Of a stretch of DNA of 64,000 bases, positions 27,992 to 37,922 are shown piece by piece (the stretch's first letter is position 1; every line of letters begins with the position of its first letter). The position numbers were made by a program, and so were the translations under genes. This stretch comes from Candidatus Omnitrophota bacterium (GTDB lineage: Bacteria; Omnitrophota; Gorgyraeia; Duberdicusellales; Duberdicusellaceae), in assembly GCA_016932855.1 (NCBI GenBank), contig JAFGCB010000014.1:6496-70495 (forward strand), given 5' to 3'. The notes beneath the pieces were generated by a model. The model was not told the DNA's origin and searched no databases. It worked only from the letters and a program-made list of their open reading frames with translations.

Positions 27992-29779
27992 TTAAAATTC
28001 CTGAACAGGTTTTATGCCGGCTTTCTCCCCGTCCTTTTGAATATCAAGATAAGGCTGGTAAGTCTTAAAAGTCCCCAAGGCTTCTTGTTCATCAAAAGGT
28101 TTATAATCCTGATATTCCTCATCGATTTTATCCCCGAAATCCCTGCGATTGCCGGTAAACAGCTCGTCTCCTTCTATAATATGCGGAGTAACCATAACCA
28201 GAAGCTCTGTACGTTTCTTGGTCTTGCTTGAAGAACTAAAAATATTACCTAAAATAGGGATCCTACCCAGAAAAGGAACTTCTTCTCTGTTGTCGGTATC
28301 GCTTTCTTCTTTCAAGCCTCCGATAATGACGCTTGCTCCGTCCTTTACCATAACAGTAGTCTCGGTAGTGGAAGTATTAAGAATGGGTATCTTATTATCC
28401 TGAGAAGTAGTAAGATAGGAAGTAACGCTACTTATTTCGGGCTTAAGATTCAAAGTAACAAAACCTTCGTCATTAATCGTGGGGGTTATGAAAAGCTGGA
28501 TACCCACATCTAAAAATGTCACCTCTTCCGCAACCGTGGTAGTGGAAGCGGTCTGAGTAGTAGTATTGGTTATATAGGCCTGCCTTTCTCCGATATGAAT
28601 TCTTGCTTCCCGATTATTGATAACCGCTATCTTGGGAGTAGCCACAATCTTGACATCGCCTATAGTCCTTAAATACTTAAATACGACGTCAAAATCATGC
28701 TTTCCCACAATACCTACGTGCATGTTCTCGGCACCGGTAGACTTTGTTGCTGAATCATAATCAGTAGTGGTGCCGCTAAAAGGATAGCTGCCTACATAAT
28801 CCACCGGCTCTATAGACGTTCCGTCGGGTGCAAGACCTCCTTTTAAGACTGTCTGGCGTGAACGCCAGGGGTCGCTATCGCCCATAACAGCTGAAAAAGG
28901 ATATGAACCCAGGTACATCATGCCGAATTTCTCACCCACATTAAACAAACCCTCCCATTCAACTCCCTTTTCTAAAGTATCGGAAAGTCTGATCTGAATA
29001 ATCCGCACCTCAACCAAAACCTCTTTTGTCTTACGGTCCAAGCCCTGTATCAAAGTCTCTATATCCTTCATTCTCTCAGGAAGAGTCTGAACAACCACCT
29101 GATTAGTCCTCGTATCAGGCTTTATATAACCTACCTTTTTTAAATCTAATTGGCTCTTAAGCTGCTCTGTAATCTCTTTAGCCTCGGCGTATTTTAAATC
29201 AAACATCTTTATGATCGTATTCTTATTCTCCAAAGAACTGATGGCGTCTTCTATCTCTTTTATTTTCTCAGGGGTGTCCATAACCAGCAAAGTCCCCGAA
29301 TCTTCGTTTACAAAAATTTTTCCGATATCGCTTTTTAAAGCATCACACAAATCGTCGGCATGGGCAGGCACTACGTATTTAAGCCTAAAAATCTTAACTT
29401 TTCTTAAATCAGAAAAAGCTTTTCCGTAAAGATCAGAATACTCTTTCTCGGTCATAATATTCAAGATCTCGCCTCTTCTGTCATAAGCAAGGCCGTTTGA
29501 GCGGAGCATAATATCAAAGACATCCTTAATCGGAGCATCCTCAACCATAAGGGTGATCCTTCCCCTGGCGTTTTTGGTAGGTATGATATTAAGCCCGGCG
29601 GTAGTGGACAAAAATTTAAGAGCATCAGTTATATCGATATCTTTAAAATCGAGAGTTACTCTCTTTCTCATCTTAAACTCAACGCTGTCCTCGGAAAAAG
29701 CTTTTGTTAGGCTTAAGCCCGAAATAATTATAATGATTAAGAGTAAAATTGCAAATTTCCTATTCAAACCTATCTCCAC
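27992..29779 (-). CDS. Secretin (GspD/PilQ/MshL family) outer-membrane channel
   Basis: STN/secretin-N-like FKDIDITDALKFLSTTAGLNIIP. Secretin C-domain VLVEVRIIQI...TPKIAVINNREARIHIG...VMVKDGASVIIGGL...EVPFLGRIPILGNIFS...ELLVMVTPHII. Confidence 0.8.
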   Translation of the reverse strand: MEIGLNRKFAILLLIIIIISGLSLTKAFSEDSVEFKMRKRVTLDFKDIDITDALKFLSTTAGLNIIPTKNARGRITLMVEDAPIKDVFDIMLRSNGLAYDRRGEILNIMTEKEYSDLYGKAFSDLRKVKIFRLKYVVPAHADDLCDALKSDIGKIFVNEDSGTLLVMDTPEKIKEIEDAISSLENKNTIIKMFDLKYAEAKEITEQLKSQLDLKKVGYIKPDTRTNQVVVQTLPERMKDIETLIQGLDRKTKEVLVEVRIIQIRLSDTLEKGVEWEGLFNVGEKFGMMYLGSYPFSAVMGDSDPWRSRQTVLKGGLAPDGTSIEPVDYVGSYPFSGTTTDYDSATKSTGAENMHVGIVGKHDFDVVFKYLRTIGDVKIVATPKIAVINNREARIHIGERQAYITNTTTQTASTTTVAEEVTFLDVGIQLFITPTINDEGFVTLNLKPEISSVTSYLTTSQDNKIPILNTSTTETTVMVKDGASVIIGGLKEESDTDNREEVPFLGRIPILGNIFSSSSKTKKRTELLVMVTPHIIEGDELFTGNRRDFGDKIDEEYQDYKPFDEQEALGTFKTYQPYLDIQKDGEKAGIKPVQEF

Positions 29780-29888
29780 TCAACCCCGTACCTTTGAATT
29801 ATTCATCGCAGATACAGCAAAGGTGCGGGGTAAATCCGGACATAGACTTATGTTCGTCGCTTTGCTCCTCCATAAGTCTCGCCCTCAT

Positions 29889-31019
29889 TTAACTGCCTTC
29901 TATGGCCTCCTGCATAAGAAGATATTTTCTGGCCCGATCCGAATCTTCATCGGAAGGCGTAAGGCCCAAATACTTGCGGAAATGGGCGATCGCCCTGTCT
30001 CTGTCCAAAATATATTCTGAGTATATAACCCCCAAGTTGTAGTGAGCGTCGGAATCATTAGGGTCTACTTTTAGAACTTCCTGAAATTCGCTGATTGCCT
30101 TGCGGTAATCTTCCTTCTGGGTATAAAAAACCCCCAGATTATAATGAAGCACCGCTTTCTCTTTAAGAATCTCCTTATTAAGCCGGTTAAGCTCTGAAAG
30201 CTTTCTGGGAATAGTCTTGGTCTTTGACTGAAGTTCTTTGTTGTCCTTAAGCAGCTGGGTATAATTATCTTCAATACCTTTCCAGCGCTTCATCTGGGCA
30301 TCAAACAAAGCCAAGGTCTTTTCGTACTGCTTCTGGTAATAAGCCGCTTCCTTCCGGGAACTTGCCGCATCCCGCTCGTAATCTTTGCTCTGCCTGGCTA
30401 GATCGTTTTTCTGCTTAGTAACTTCTTTAAGCTTTGCCTGCAAGCTTTCTATCTTCGGGGTAAATTTTTTACTGGCTTTCTCTAAAGAGACGCTTTCTCT
30501 CTGACAGCGGGAAAGCTCCCGCTCCAAAGTGCTGTAGTTTTTCTCAAGTTCAAGATACTCGCGTTTGATATTCGCCGATACCGCTTCCAAATCATAATAC
30601 TTGCTGTCAAAACTGCTTATTTCTTTTTTGTAAGCGCTAAGCTCCTCTTTGGCCATGTTTTTCTCTTCGGTTAAAGCCTCGTTCGCCTGAAAAACAATAT
30701 CAAGCTGTTCTTTAAGTTCAACAACCTCGCCTTCAAGCTCGGCGTACTGACTTTCCAAATCTTTGTAATCCAGCTTAGCTTTATCCAAATCCCCTGCAAG
30801 AGACTCGTTCTCCTGCCCGAGGACTTTCTTTTCCTGTTTTAAAGACGTAAGTTCATCTTTGATTTTTTTATAGTCTTTATTAAGCTGGGTATATTTTTCA
30901 CGCAGAGAAGAAACATCCTTATTAAAGCCGAATAAGAACTTACCTACAAGAGCCAATAGACAGATTAAAAGGACTAAAGAAATGCCGATTTTTATTCCGA
31001 TACTAATCTTTTTAGCCAT
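29889..31019 (-). CDS. TM + coiled-coil + C-terminal TPR protein (paralog of 27041-27985)
   Basis: Same architecture. TPR LHYNLGVFYTQKEDYRKAISEFQEVLKVDPNDSDAHYNLGVIYSEY. Confidence 0.55.
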   Translation of the reverse strand: MAKKISIGIKIGISLVLLICLLALVGKFLFGFNKDVSSLREKYTQLNKDYKKIKDELTSLKQEKKVLGQENESLAGDLDKAKLDYKDLESQYAELEGEVVELKEQLDIVFQANEALTEEKNMAKEELSAYKKEISSFDSKYYDLEAVSANIKREYLELEKNYSTLERELSRCQRESVSLEKASKKFTPKIESLQAKLKEVTKQKNDLARQSKDYERDAASSRKEAAYYQKQYEKTLALFDAQMKRWKGIEDNYTQLLKDNKELQSKTKTIPRKLSELNRLNKEILKEKAVLHYNLGVFYTQKEDYRKAISEFQEVLKVDPNDSDAHYNLGVIYSEYILDRDRAIAHFRKYLGLTPSDEDSDRARKYLLMQEAIEGS

Positions 31020-31022
31020 AGC

Positions 31023-32828
31023 TCACCTTTCAGGTTTAAAAGATTTAAATTTTACCTCTTTCTCCTCTTTGGCTTCGAGTTTTAAACCTTCTCGGTAATA
31101 GCCTTTGGTCGACTTGGTGGGCTGCGTTCCGATAGGTTCTCCGCGTTCGCCCACCAGGACATCGCCGCTAATCAAAGTAGGAGTAATCATAATCAAAAGT
31201 TCGGTTCTCTCATCGTGAGGCGCGTTTGAAGTGAAAAACTTACCCAGGAAAGGTATGCTCCCCAAAAAAGGAGTAGTCTTTTTCTTTACCCCTTTTACTT
31301 CCCCCCGCAAACCTCCGATAACAATCGTAGAACCGCTCTTGGCCATAACCGTTGTCTCGGCCAGAGAAGTATCAATAATGGGGATCTTATTATCCGAGGG
31401 CGTAGTTAATACCGAAACTACGCTGCTTACCTCAGTTTTAATCTTAAGAGTAATGTAGCCCTCTTCGTTTATATTGGGAGTTATATACAGCTGAGTTCCT
31501 ACATCGACAAAAGTGACTTCTTCGGATACGGTACTGGTAGTCTGGCCGGTAGTGGTAGTGGTGGTTACATAAGCCTGTTTCTCTCCGACGTGGATCTTTG
31601 CTTCCTGGTCATCGGTAATGGTTATCTTAGGGGTAGCAAGAATATTAGTCTCTTCTATTTCTTTAAAAAATTTCATAATAATATCGAAATCGTGCTTTCC
31701 GACAATACCCAGGTGTATCTCGTCTAAACCGGAAGTTTTATTGCCGGCGGTAACGTCTACAGCTGTACCGCTAAAAGGATAGGCTCCGACATAGCCTGCG
31801 CCGACCACTGTTGTTGTCCCATCGCCTATTTTGCCTCCGTCCATAACTACCTTGCGCGAACGCCAGGGATCAGCCGCTGCCTGAACCGAAGCAAAAGGAG
31901 TCGAGCCCAGATAAGTAAGGCCGTGTTCCCGGGCCACATCAAAAAGACCCTCCCACTCAACGTCCTCGGTTAAATCATCGGTGAGTTTTACTTTTATTAT
32001 TTTGGCTTCGATAAGTACTTCCCTGGTCTTTCTATCTAATCTCTTAATTAATTCCTCGATTTGGCGCATCCTTTCGGGAAGAGTCTGAACAAGAACTTGA
32101 TTCGTCCTTTCGTCAGCCCGTACTGAGCCGACCTTCTTAGCTTCAAGCTGAGTTTTAAGCTGGGCAGCGACGTCTTCTGCTTTGGCATAATTAATATTAA
32201 ATGCTTTTACGACATTCCTTTCTTCAAAACTCTTTATAGCCTCTTCTATTTGAGCGATGGAAGCCTCGGAATCCATAAGCACAACTGTCCCGGACTCAGG
32301 GGAAACCAGAACCCTTCCTACATCGCTCTTTAAAGTGTCGCATAAGTTAAAGATCTGCTCAGGAATAGCATAAGCAAGATTGATTATTTTTACCTTACGG
32401 ATATCGGAAAAATTCTTTCCGTATAAGGCCTTGTACTCCTGCTCGGTCATAACATTATAAATACCTGATTTTTTATCATAGGCCAGGTCATTGGCCCTTA
32501 GCATTACATCAAAAATATCCTTAATAGGCGTATCTCTAACGCTTAAGCTTACTCTTCCTTCAACCTGGTTAGTGGTTACGATGTTTACCTCGGCCTTCAT
32601 GGCCAGAAATTTCAAAGCCTCAACCACATCGATATTTTTTAAATCCAGAGAGATACTTCCTTTCATATCCGAAGTATTTGGCGCCGGCAACGAGGAATCC
32701 AGGGAAGCCAGTTCCAAGACCTCTTCTTGAGCATACACAAAAGAAACCGCTGCTATGCAAAAAATAAAAAATAATGACCGTCTAAGCTTATGTCTTTCGG
32801 CTCGGGCTATAAATCTTTTCCTCTTCAT
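31023..32828 (-). CDS. Secretin (second paralog)
   Basis: Same domain order and motifs as 27992-29779: VLIEAKIIKV..., TPKITITDDQEAKIHVG, VMAKSGSTIVIGGL..TTPFLGSIPFLGKFF..ELLIMITPTLI. Confidence 0.8.
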   Translation of the reverse strand: MKRKRFIARAERHKLRRSLFFIFCIAAVSFVYAQEEVLELASLDSSLPAPNTSDMKGSISLDLKNIDVVEALKFLAMKAEVNIVTTNQVEGRVSLSVRDTPIKDIFDVMLRANDLAYDKKSGIYNVMTEQEYKALYGKNFSDIRKVKIINLAYAIPEQIFNLCDTLKSDVGRVLVSPESGTVVLMDSEASIAQIEEAIKSFEERNVVKAFNINYAKAEDVAAQLKTQLEAKKVGSVRADERTNQVLVQTLPERMRQIEELIKRLDRKTREVLIEAKIIKVKLTDDLTEDVEWEGLFDVAREHGLTYLGSTPFASVQAAADPWRSRKVVMDGGKIGDGTTTVVGAGYVGAYPFSGTAVDVTAGNKTSGLDEIHLGIVGKHDFDIIMKFFKEIEETNILATPKITITDDQEAKIHVGEKQAYVTTTTTTGQTTSTVSEEVTFVDVGTQLYITPNINEEGYITLKIKTEVSSVVSVLTTPSDNKIPIIDTSLAETTVMAKSGSTIVIGGLRGEVKGVKKKTTPFLGSIPFLGKFFTSNAPHDERTELLIMITPTLISGDVLVGERGEPIGTQPTKSTKGYYREGLKLEAKEEKEVKFKSFKPER

Positions 32829-33511
32829 TTCAGCTCTTTTTCCTGCCCCTGGTATCGTAATATCACTTTATCTTTAAAAATACCGGCCACTTCAACCTCG
32901 CCTATGAAATCGCCGCGTTTTAAAAAAAAGGTTTTCTGGGCTTTAGTGTCCTCTATCATCGCATCAGGGTCATCCGACCAGGAAATACCCACCAGCTTAA
33001 GATTGGCGGTCATCTTCGCTACCTCTTTTACAGGATCTTGTTTGGCCGCCTCTTCGCCTTCTTTTTTAGCTTCATCCTTTATCTCTTTGGAAGTCATCTT
33101 GAAAATATCTCTTTTTCGTGCTTTCTCAAGATAGAAAGAAGGATTTTTTAAAAAAGCAATATCCTTAACATTAAAGCCCTTAATGTCTCTATCAATTTTA
33201 AAGGCAGAATCAACCTGCTCTTTGATCCCCAGCATCGAGGTTGCCAAGTCAAAAGACATGAAAGAAAAAATCCCTAAAGCAGCGATGATTAAAAGCTTAT
33301 TTATATCAGTGATATCCAGGCTTACTTGCCCGGAGAAAACCTTAAACAAACTTACCTTAAAGAAGGAAAACCTGCCTCTAAGCCCTCCCAAAGAAAAAAG
33401 GCTTAAGCCTTTGCGCAGAGAACCTTTACCGGCAAAGGAAGAACCTGCCTTTTTTTCTTCGATCAATTTAAGTAATTCCCTCTCGGGAGTGGGAGACTGA
33501 TTCTCAGCCAT
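32825..33511 (-). CDS. Inner-membrane secretin-associated protein, GspC/PilP-like (tentative)
   Basis: Single TM. C-terminal beta-rich FFLKRGDFIGEVEVAGIFKDKVILRYQGQEKEL resembles the PilP/GspC homology region. 4-nt overlap with the secretin gene. Confidence 0.35.
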   Translation of the reverse strand: MAENQSPTPERELLKLIEEKKAGSSFAGKGSLRKGLSLFSLGGLRGRFSFFKVSLFKVFSGQVSLDITDINKLLIIAALGIFSFMSFDLATSMLGIKEQVDSAFKIDRDIKGFNVKDIAFLKNPSFYLEKARKRDIFKMTSKEIKDEAKKEGEEAAKQDPVKEVAKMTANLKLVGISWSDDPDAMIEDTKAQKTFFLKRGDFIGEVEVAGIFKDKVILRYQGQEKELK

Positions 33512-34982
33512 CGCCTTCTTTTTGCTTATCCGGCATACTGTCCGGCGTTATGTATACCTTAACATCAGCGCTTCTTTTTAATTCTTCTTTCCATTCGCCG
33601 AAGGCTTTATGTTTTTTAATGTTTCTTACCAGCTCAAAATAGCCTTCTTTTCTAGGCTCGAATCCCTCGGGATTGGCTCTGCGTATTTTTAAGATTTTAA
33701 AAGCACCGTATCCTTTATATATCGGAAAAGGCGTGTAGAAAGAGCCAGGAGGCTCTTTAAGCATGTCATAAGCGCCTTCTCTTTGGAAACCCCAGATATT
33801 AATAAGAAAATCCAAGGCTACAAATCCCGGCCGTTTAAAGGATTTTGGCTTCCTGCGCCTCTCTTCCTGCCAAGCTCCGGGGCCTCTATCGATTTTCTTG
33901 TAAAATTCCTTGGCATTATTGAAGGTATCAAAACGAAGCATGTCTTTACCTTCGGAGTGTTTGTCAAAAAAGTTACTATAAGCTTTCTCTACGCTACGGC
34001 TATCTTTAAGAAATTCCTGATAATCTGCTTCATTAACTTCCGGTTCCTCGCCTTGGAAAATTTTCTGTCTTAAAATATCGACCTTAACCAGATGGGCTAT
34101 TCGGGCCCTAAAATCCTCTTCGGATAAATTAAAGTCATCTTCCAGCCAGGCCTTAAAATCATCCTTATCTGTCTGCCAATTAAAATCGACATCCAAATCT
34201 ATTAATAAATACTTAATGGTTCCGTCTACCAGAGAAGCCTCGACTTCTATTCCCCGCTGTAAGGCCGCAAGGGAAAAAACAAGGTCCTGCCAGATTAAAT
34301 CCTCTAAATCTTTTTCGGTAGTAGGCATTGCTGCCTGCTCATAAAAATCCTGGGCTTCTTTTAAATCATCGAACTGGACAAGCTCTACCGAAAGGCTATT
34401 GTATTCATCAAGAAACTTCTGTCTTGCTTCTTCTTCGCTTACCTCGGGCTCGATGCCGTCAATAACCTGAAGTCTTAGCTTTTCAAGCTTAACCAAATGT
34501 TCGACAAGATTCTCGAAAAACTCAACCGAAACCTTTAAATTTTCAGTTACCCAATCCTCGTAAGCCTGCCTGTCGGTTTTCCAATCAAAAGACACTTTTT
34601 CTGCCTGTAAAATCTTTTCTATCTCCGCGCTCTTTTCCTCCGGCGTTGCCTGAATGCCCCTTCTGAAAGCTTCGAAAGAAAGAAGAAGCTCCTGCCAGGT
34701 AAGTTCCTCCAGCTCCTCTTCGGTTTGCGGCGTTTTACCCCTCCACTTGGCGCTAAATGATAAAACCGCAGTCTTGGCAAAGTAGTAATTTCCTATGGGA
34801 ACCGGCACGCCGAAAAATTCTCCGGCAAGCTGAGAAGTATCCGGTATTTCTTCTCTGGCCGACGGCTCTGCTAACTCGACTATTTGGTCAGGAATATTTT
34901 CTTCTACAGGCTTACTGCAGGACAAAACAAACCCCAGCATAAAAAAGATAAGATACTTAAAAATTCTAGTTGGTTGCATCAA
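33504..34982 (-). CDS. Lipoprotein with two internal about 100-aa repeats; possible SurA/parvulin-like periplasmic chaperone
   Basis: Lipobox FVLSCS. Repeats ELTWQELLLSFEAFRRGIQ / DLIWQDLVFSLAALQRGIE. The C-terminus FYTPFPIYKGYGAFKILKI is parvulin-like. Confidence 0.3.
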   Translation of the reverse strand: MMQPTRIFKYLIFFMLGFVLSCSKPVEENIPDQIVELAEPSAREEIPDTSQLAGEFFGVPVPIGNYYFAKTAVLSFSAKWRGKTPQTEEELEELTWQELLLSFEAFRRGIQATPEEKSAEIEKILQAEKVSFDWKTDRQAYEDWVTENLKVSVEFFENLVEHLVKLEKLRLQVIDGIEPEVSEEEARQKFLDEYNSLSVELVQFDDLKEAQDFYEQAAMPTTEKDLEDLIWQDLVFSLAALQRGIEVEASLVDGTIKYLLIDLDVDFNWQTDKDDFKAWLEDDFNLSEEDFRARIAHLVKVDILRQKIFQGEEPEVNEADYQEFLKDSRSVEKAYSNFFDKHSEGKDMLRFDTFNNAKEFYKKIDRGPGAWQEERRRKPKSFKRPGFVALDFLINIWGFQREGAYDMLKEPPGSFYTPFPIYKGYGAFKILKIRRANPEGFEPRKEGYFELVRNIKKHKAFGEWKEELKRSADVKVYITPDSMPDKQKEGDG

Positions 34983-35836
34983 CTCTCTCTGGCCAAGGAA
35001 ACAGCCGTATGCCAGCCTTTCTGAATATCTTTCTGGACCAAATCATTTATTAAACGCGCGTCAACCGCGTGCCTGTTACGCAGTATAAGCTCCTTTAAAG
35101 CCCTGTGGCAAAGCAGGGTTATTTTCCTAGGATAACCACCGGTATAACTATATATTTGCCCGATTGCATCATCTAAAAAAAGATGCATGTTGGAGGTGTA
35201 GCCAGCTTCTTTTATCCGGAACTCAATCATCTCTTTAGTCTCCGCGCGGCTTAAAGGATTAAGGGTGTATTTAAAGCTTACCCTGTCGAGAAAATTAGAG
35301 ATATTGACAACCTTGGAATGAAGCTCAAGCTGGCCCAAAAGCACAAGCTGCAAGAGCTTGAATTCATTGGTCTCGTAGTTAAGCAAAACCCTTAATGTCT
35401 CAAGAGAGCTTTCGTTTAGCTTCTGGGCCTCATCGATAATCAAAACTACTGTCTTTGACTCGATAACGCCTTTCTGAAAAAGAAACTTCTCCAGGGCTTC
35501 TTTCAGAGAAACTCTGGTATCCTGGCTTTGAGCGGAAATAGCGAAGCTGCGGGTAAGATAATCAAGAAAGGTCCTCTCGTCATCAAAAGAAGGGTCTAAA
35601 ACAATATGGAAAATGAAATCATCCCTGTCTTTCAACTCCTGGATAAGCTTGCGGGATAAAGAAGTCTTACCCGTGCCCACATCGCCTAAGATTACGCTTA
35701 AACCTCTCTTAAGACGCAACTCTATAAGAATATTAGCTAAAGCTGTATCGTGGTCTTTGGCCAAATAGAGAAAATCCGGATCGGGGCTGGTGGAAAAAGG
35801 CTCTTTATTAAAACCCAATATTTTAAAGTAACTCAT
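34979..35836 (-). CDS. ExeA/GspA/MshM-like AAA ATPase (second copy)
   Basis: P-loop GDVGTGKTS, IIDEAQ box, C-terminal GGYPRKITLLCHRAL. Confidence 0.6.
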   Translation of the reverse strand: MSYFKILGFNKEPFSTSPDPDFLYLAKDHDTALANILIELRLKRGLSVILGDVGTGKTSLSRKLIQELKDRDDFIFHIVLDPSFDDERTFLDYLTRSFAISAQSQDTRVSLKEALEKFLFQKGVIESKTVVLIIDEAQKLNESSLETLRVLLNYETNEFKLLQLVLLGQLELHSKVVNISNFLDRVSFKYTLNPLSRAETKEMIEFRIKEAGYTSNMHLFLDDAIGQIYSYTGGYPRKITLLCHRALKELILRNRHAVDARLINDLVQKDIQKGWHTAVSLARES

Positions 35837-36025
35837 ATTCCTCCTTATAAATATACGGATCTACGAATCCTTACCAATATACTAATGAGATTATTCCTAA
35901 TAGATTCGTAAATATATTTGTGGTTATCTAGAGTCATTTTTATTTTTTTATTAAAACTTGCATAATTATCAAATCACCTCTACTATTCTCACCTGGGTTT
36001 CTTAAAAAATGATAAATAGAAAACT

Positions 36026-36265
36026 TTATGCGTGCTTTCGCAACATGTTGCGGATAAGCCTTAAAGGATAGCCCTCGTCCTTGAGGCGGGAAATCCGGTC
36101 TAATACCGCCAGGACTTCCTTCTCCTCGTAGAGGCGCTTATTGCCCTTACGCTTTACCACCGATAAAAAACCCAAGTTAGTGTAATGATTGATAGTAGGG
36201 TAAGAAATATCATACCTGGAAGATATCTCCTTGGCTGAAATCAATTTACTGTTTGTTCCCATCAT
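36026..36265 (-). CDS. MerR-family HTH DNA-binding protein (small)
   Basis: ISAKEISSRYDISYPTINHYTNLGFLSVVKRKGNKRLYEEKEV is a MerR-type wing-HTH. Confidence 0.5.
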   Translation of the reverse strand: MMGTNSKLISAKEISSRYDISYPTINHYTNLGFLSVVKRKGNKRLYEEKEVLAVLDRISRLKDEGYPLRLIRNMLRKHA

Positions 36266-36517
36266 ATCCGGTCTTCTTTTAACCTAATACAAAACCTTAA
36301 GCAGATACAAAAAGTGCCTAGAAAACTTAAGATAAGTCTTATCCCCGTACTTAATGTAAGTACTTTAAGTAGTGCATATGTAACGCATATCCAAATTATT
36401 ATATATTTTGCAAGTTGTCAAGATAAAAAATGGGGTTAACTGTTTGAAGTACAAGATGTTGTGGGTTGTGTCTTAAAACACCCCTACAGGAAGGTATAAA
36501 AAAGGCAGAGTTTTTTC

Positions 36518-37816
36518 TTAAATCACTGAGTAACCTTTCTTAAACATGTTTTTAGGAAGGTTAAAATAACCAAATATAATACGGGGGTTTTTCTCTCGTA
36601 TACGCTTAATCATCCCATAAACACCTAAAGGATTTAAGTTTTGTCCGGGTATATTCTTTAATAAATAGTCGCTATCTATACAAAGATTGCGCCATTGAAT
36701 CATATCGACGTAGCCTTTGTTTAAAAAATCGGATAGATGGTCTACTTCCTCCTCTGTGTCAGTCACTCCCGGAAAAACCAAAAGATTAACTGCTACAAAA
36801 AGACCGCTTTTCTTGGCTGTCTTTATCGAAGAAATCACTTCCTTTAGCCCGTATCCCTTGGGTCTGAAATAAGCATCATAAAGCGCCGGCTTAAGACTAT
36901 TAAGGCTTATTCGTATGCTGTCTAGACCGGCTTCTTTAAGCTGCTTGATCTTTTCCGGACTATAAGCATTAGTATTTAAATGAATAGTTCCTTTATCGGT
37001 GTTTTTTCGTATACCTAGAATTGCCTCTCTTAATGTTTTAAACTCAAGCAAAGGCTCTCCTTCACAGCCTTGGCCGAAACTTACAATAGGCTCCTTGGCA
37101 TTACGAATGTGAATTAAGGCTACCTCCTCTACTTCTTGAGGGCTGGGCACAAAGGTAATTCTACTATGAGAAGCCACAGGACAGCTTGAGGCCTGAAGGG
37201 ATAAACACCCCAAACAGCGGGCATTACAAGAGGGAGCAACCGGCAAAGGCGCTTCCCAGCGTCCAAAGAAGAAATTCTGGGCAGCTAAACAGTTGTAATT
37301 AAGGGCGCAATTGAATAAATGCCGGATAAGCCTGTTTTTTCGATGCTTTTTTACCATATTCCTTGCTTTTCTCCCTAAAAGAGCTCTATCTTTATAATAA
37401 GAAGGTCTTTGGCGACTGCGACGGTCTATCTTTATTGCCGAAGTTATAAATCTTCCCTGTCTAAATCCCACTGCCGCATAAGCCCAAAGAGGAAGAACGG
37501 TTTTTAAATCTATTTTCCTGGCCGCCGGATGAAGAAGACGGGTAAACCCCGGGATAAGAAAAGCCGATAAAGGATAAACCAGCCGTCCTTTATAGTCCGC
37601 AACCGCTACAGCCTCTCCCTGAACAGGGCTATAGCCGAAACTTATATGGCCGACCATAAAAAAAAGCTTGCTTGCTCTAGGCAGAACAATAAGCTCCTCC
37701 TCTCGCGGCAACCTCATGGCCTTGCCGTCGAAAGCAAGCATCACAAGCTTTGGGTGGACAAAGATATTACCCTTAGAATCAGAAACAACTAATCTCGGTA
37801 AATCACTCATAAGCAA
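36518..37816 (-). CDS. Radical SAM domain protein with about 190-aa N-terminal extension of unknown function
   Basis: CNARCLGC (Cx3Cx2C) at about residue 200. TIM-barrel-like IHLNTN...SIRISLNS. Confidence 0.6.
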   Translation of the reverse strand: MLMSDLPRLVVSDSKGNIFVHPKLVMLAFDGKAMRLPREEELIVLPRASKLFFMVGHISFGYSPVQGEAVAVADYKGRLVYPLSAFLIPGFTRLLHPAARKIDLKTVLPLWAYAAVGFRQGRFITSAIKIDRRSRQRPSYYKDRALLGRKARNMVKKHRKNRLIRHLFNCALNYNCLAAQNFFFGRWEAPLPVAPSCNARCLGCLSLQASSCPVASHSRITFVPSPQEVEEVALIHIRNAKEPIVSFGQGCEGEPLLEFKTLREAILGIRKNTDKGTIHLNTNAYSPEKIKQLKEAGLDSIRISLNSLKPALYDAYFRPKGYGLKEVISSIKTAKKSGLFVAVNLLVFPGVTDTEEEVDHLSDFLNKGYVDMIQWRNLCIDSDYLLKNIPGQNLNPLGVYGMIKRIREKNPRIIFGYFNLPKNMFKKGYSVI

Positions 37817-37922
37817 GATAACGCACTCTTAAGGGATAAACGGGTTAGAAGAAATAGAGGGATAGTTGATCTATCCCCTATATCCCTTACAACCCCTATA
37901 ACCCTTATAACCCCTATTACTG

